39,452 nucleotides of DNA from assembly GCA_031374535.1 (NCBI GenBank), contig JANMGF010000076.1, forward strand, positions 1-39,452. Reading direction: 5' to 3'. Shown here piece after piece: positions 37,268-39,452 of this stretch (within the stretch, counting starts at the first letter, position 1; every line of letters starts with the position of its first letter). This DNA is from Polyangium sp. GTDB lineage: Bacteria; Myxococcota_A; Polyangia; Polyangiales; Polyangiaceae. Made by a program: the position numbers and the translations under genes. The notes beneath the pieces are model-generated. The model saw only the letters and a program-made list of their open reading frames with translations, did not search any database and was not told the DNA's origin.

Positions 37268-39253
37268 TCAGAACAACAGCCGCTGCCCCCCCGGCGGCTC
37301 ATCATCCCACTCGCACGACACTCGCAGGCGTTCCGGCGTCATCTTCGCAAGCTCGTCCAGCACGGGTGCATGATCCAGCCTGCTCGCGAGCCACCTCGAC
37401 CGCCAGTACTCGGCGACCGCCTCCCCGCCATCGTCATCCAGCGGAAAGGCGTACTCCGGCGAGCTATCCACGCCGAGCAAGAACCTCCGCATGTTTCGAG
37501 CGAGTGGGACGACATACACGATCCGCGGCGAGCCGTGGTGGATCAAGTCGGACGCCTGGAGGCCGAGTTCTGCGAGCCCCTCGCGTATCTGCCGCATCTT
37601 TGGGTTCACGCCCTCACCAAAGACGAAGTTCACGTTCTGGAAGTCCCGTGCCGCGAGCTTGGCGAGCGCTTCCTCCGCTTCTGCGCTGAGGTTCGTCGAA
37701 CCGTGGCCGCCGCTCCGCCCCACCTCGATGTAATCGACGGAAGACGTTTGCCCCGGGATCGCACCCGCGGGAAGGCGCACGCGATTGTATTGCGACGAGC
37801 GCTCCGGATATAGGCTGGTCGTGCCGAGCATGACGAGCGTCGGATCCTTGGTGATACGTCGACCGGCCATCTGGCTCGCGATGATGCTCGGCTCGCCCTC
37901 GTAACGGGCTCGGTACGCCGTCATGACGGCCGGGCTCGCCATCATCATGCATGCGAGCTTCCCCCCGAGCAGGGGGCCATAGGGAGGCACTGCGCCGCAA
38001 GTGGCGATCTCCATAATCGCCGACGACGCGAAATGCTGCTTCGTCTGACGCAGAGCTAGCTCCGCCGCCCAGCGCGCCTCGGTATCGACCAGGAGAGCGG
38101 AGAGAGGACCGGGCATCTCGGAGAGGGCGCGGTGAGCCCGTAGGAGCACCCTTGCGGTGGCCGAGCGTTTGGCGCGGAACAATGGTGACTTGGTGTGAGC
38201 GAGCAAGTCTGCGCTCTCCAGCGAGACATTGCGCACCACCAGGCCCTTCCTGAGCTGCTCGCGCCGCTCGGCCAGGGCCTCTCGCCCGAACTCCTCGAGG
38301 CGCTGCTCGAGCGCATCGTCGAGCAGCGGCGGGTGGGCGCCGTCGAACCCCAGGTCCTCGGTATAGAGGGCCCCGAGATCCTCACGAACCCTACGGCGCA
38401 AGGCTTCGAGGACTTCCACTTCCGTGAGCTCTCCCAGCCGAATCCGCGCGAGGAGCCCATCCAGCGTCCACCCGATCCACTCATCACGGGCCGAAAGCCG
38501 CATTACAGCGTTGCTCAGTGACGCAATGCCGATGACGGGGTGGTGCGGCTGCGCAGCGTCTCGAATGAGGTAGGCGAGGACGCGCCCCGGCGTTCGGCGA
38601 TACCGGCTCGACCACGTATGCCGAAAGTACCGCCATACCTGGTACAAGTCGATATTAGTGAATCGATCTCGGACTCCGGTCTCGGCAGCCTGTAGGTAAG
38701 GCTGACAGAGCCCGCGGAGCAACTCTGCGCGCTGGACGCGGGGCTTGGCTGCGACTGGGCGCAACGCCGCAGCGAGCCTCCGACCGTCGGCGATGAGGTT
38801 GACGATCGACTCGTATCGCGCGCCGCGCGACGGACGCTCGAGCTCTTCGATGAACCGCCGTACCGATGTGCTGCGGAGCTGGTCCTCGCGACCGAAGATG
38901 AGCTGCCGGCGCACGGCCTGCTTCGTCGGCCCGGCTTCTTGTTCGTCGTGGGGACGAATCCAGATAGCCTCCCCTTCCGATCGTACCTGCCAGCCGATCT
39001 GAATGAGGTCGCGGAGGATCAGGAGAGCCGCGACATAGTGACCTACCGGTGGCTGCTCTCCCCTCGCCCGCTCGAGCTCCTCCTCGAGCGCAGCCGGCGG
39101 GCCTTCATCGTCGGAGGAGCCGAGGAGCGCTGCCAAAGCGCGGAGCGGCGGGGCGTGGTCCTCCAGGCGGGGCTGAAACGGGCGCCACCCTTCACCGGGG
39201 CTAAAAGATGGCCCTACGGTACGTTCTGCGTCGTCGGCAGGAGGAGCGGTCAC
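37268..39253 (-). CDS. druA: Druantia DruA-like (DUF4338) protein
   Basis: TPGRVLAYLIRD...VIGIASL...RDEWIGW, CGAVPPYGPLLGGKLACMMMAS, TTSLY..SSQYNR, GxSxGHGS; matches my recollection of DruA/DUF4338. Confidence 0.78.
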   Translation of the reverse strand: MTAPPADDAERTVGPSFSPGEGWRPFQPRLEDHAPPLRALAALLGSSDDEGPPAALEEELERARGEQPPVGHYVAALLILRDLIQIGWQVRSEGEAIWIRPHDEQEAGPTKQAVRRQLIFGREDQLRSTSVRRFIEELERPSRGARYESIVNLIADGRRLAAALRPVAAKPRVQRAELLRGLCQPYLQAAETGVRDRFTNIDLYQVWRYFRHTWSSRYRRTPGRVLAYLIRDAAQPHHPVIGIASLSNAVMRLSARDEWIGWTLDGLLARIRLGELTEVEVLEALRRRVREDLGALYTEDLGFDGAHPPLLDDALEQRLEEFGREALAERREQLRKGLVVRNVSLESADLLAHTKSPLFRAKRSATARVLLRAHRALSEMPGPLSALLVDTEARWAAELALRQTKQHFASSAIMEIATCGAVPPYGPLLGGKLACMMMASPAVMTAYRARYEGEPSIIASQMAGRRITKDPTLVMLGTTSLYPERSSQYNRVRLPAGAIPGQTSSVDYIEVGRSGGHGSTNLSAEAEEALAKLAARDFQNVNFVFGEGVNPKMRQIREGLAELGLQASDLIHHGSPRIVYVVPLARNMRRFLLGVDSSPEYAFPLDDDGGEAVAEYWRSRWLASRLDHAPVLDELAKMTPERLRVSCEWDDEPPGGQRLLF

Positions 39254-39310
39254 GCTGGCCCCTTGTAGTACGTCGGGGGCCGTGCGCCTAGAAAAAGGCC
39301 AGCGGAGGCT

Positions 39311-39451
39311 TCAGGCGAGGAGCGGGAGCCGCCTCTGTCTGGGCTCAGCCGGGCGAACGGGGCAGATCCGCGCGAGATCCTCGGGGCAGCGCGCGCACAC
39401 CTCAGGACCGGCGCGCATGCAGTCCCTCGGCATGTTGCGGCGGTTCGTCGA
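39311..39451 (-). CDS. 3' end of an upstream gene with a four-Cys cluster (partial)
   Basis: Open frame to the window edge: STNRRNMPRDCMRAGPEVCARCPEDLARICPVRPAEPRQRRLPLLA*. Confidence 0.55.
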   Translation of the reverse strand, partial: STNRRNMPRDCMRAGPEVCARCPEDLARICPVRPAEPRQRRLPLLA

Positions 39452-39452
39452 G

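Overview
GC-rich DNA whose gene content (Cys-rich lipoproteins, ECF/anti-sigma architecture, FGE-domain protein) suggests a Polyangiaceae-type myxobacterium; this is inferred, not verified. The window looks like the interior of an integrated mobile element, but no integrase or att site is visible. Left arm (+): the 3' end of a phage/MGE-type family-A DNA polymerase, then a two-gene Tc (ABC) toxin complex (TcA plus a TcB-TcC/RHS fusion). Its C-terminal cargo has lysozyme/GH73-like motifs and is followed 2 nt later by an exported FGE-fold protein, a candidate antibacterial Tc toxin/immunity pair. Middle: two Cys-rich lipoproteins, a putative beta-barrel protein, an ECF sigma factor fused to its own membrane anti-sigma and flanked by a duplicated 31-bp promoter-like element, and a cluster of winged-helix/XRE/RHH proteins. 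Right arm (-): a DruA-like (Druantia) gene, radC, three small ORFs absent or truncated in the ORF track, a DUF3150/DUF6744-like gene, RavA-like AAA, vWA, DUF6573-like, a damaged ComM/YifB (frameshift and Walker A K>I), recA, DUF6884-like, orphan DndB/DGQHR and a Cas4/AddB-like Fe-S nuclease. GC-rich hairpins sit in most of the non-coupled spacers. All family names come from recognising motifs by eye; no database search was run.
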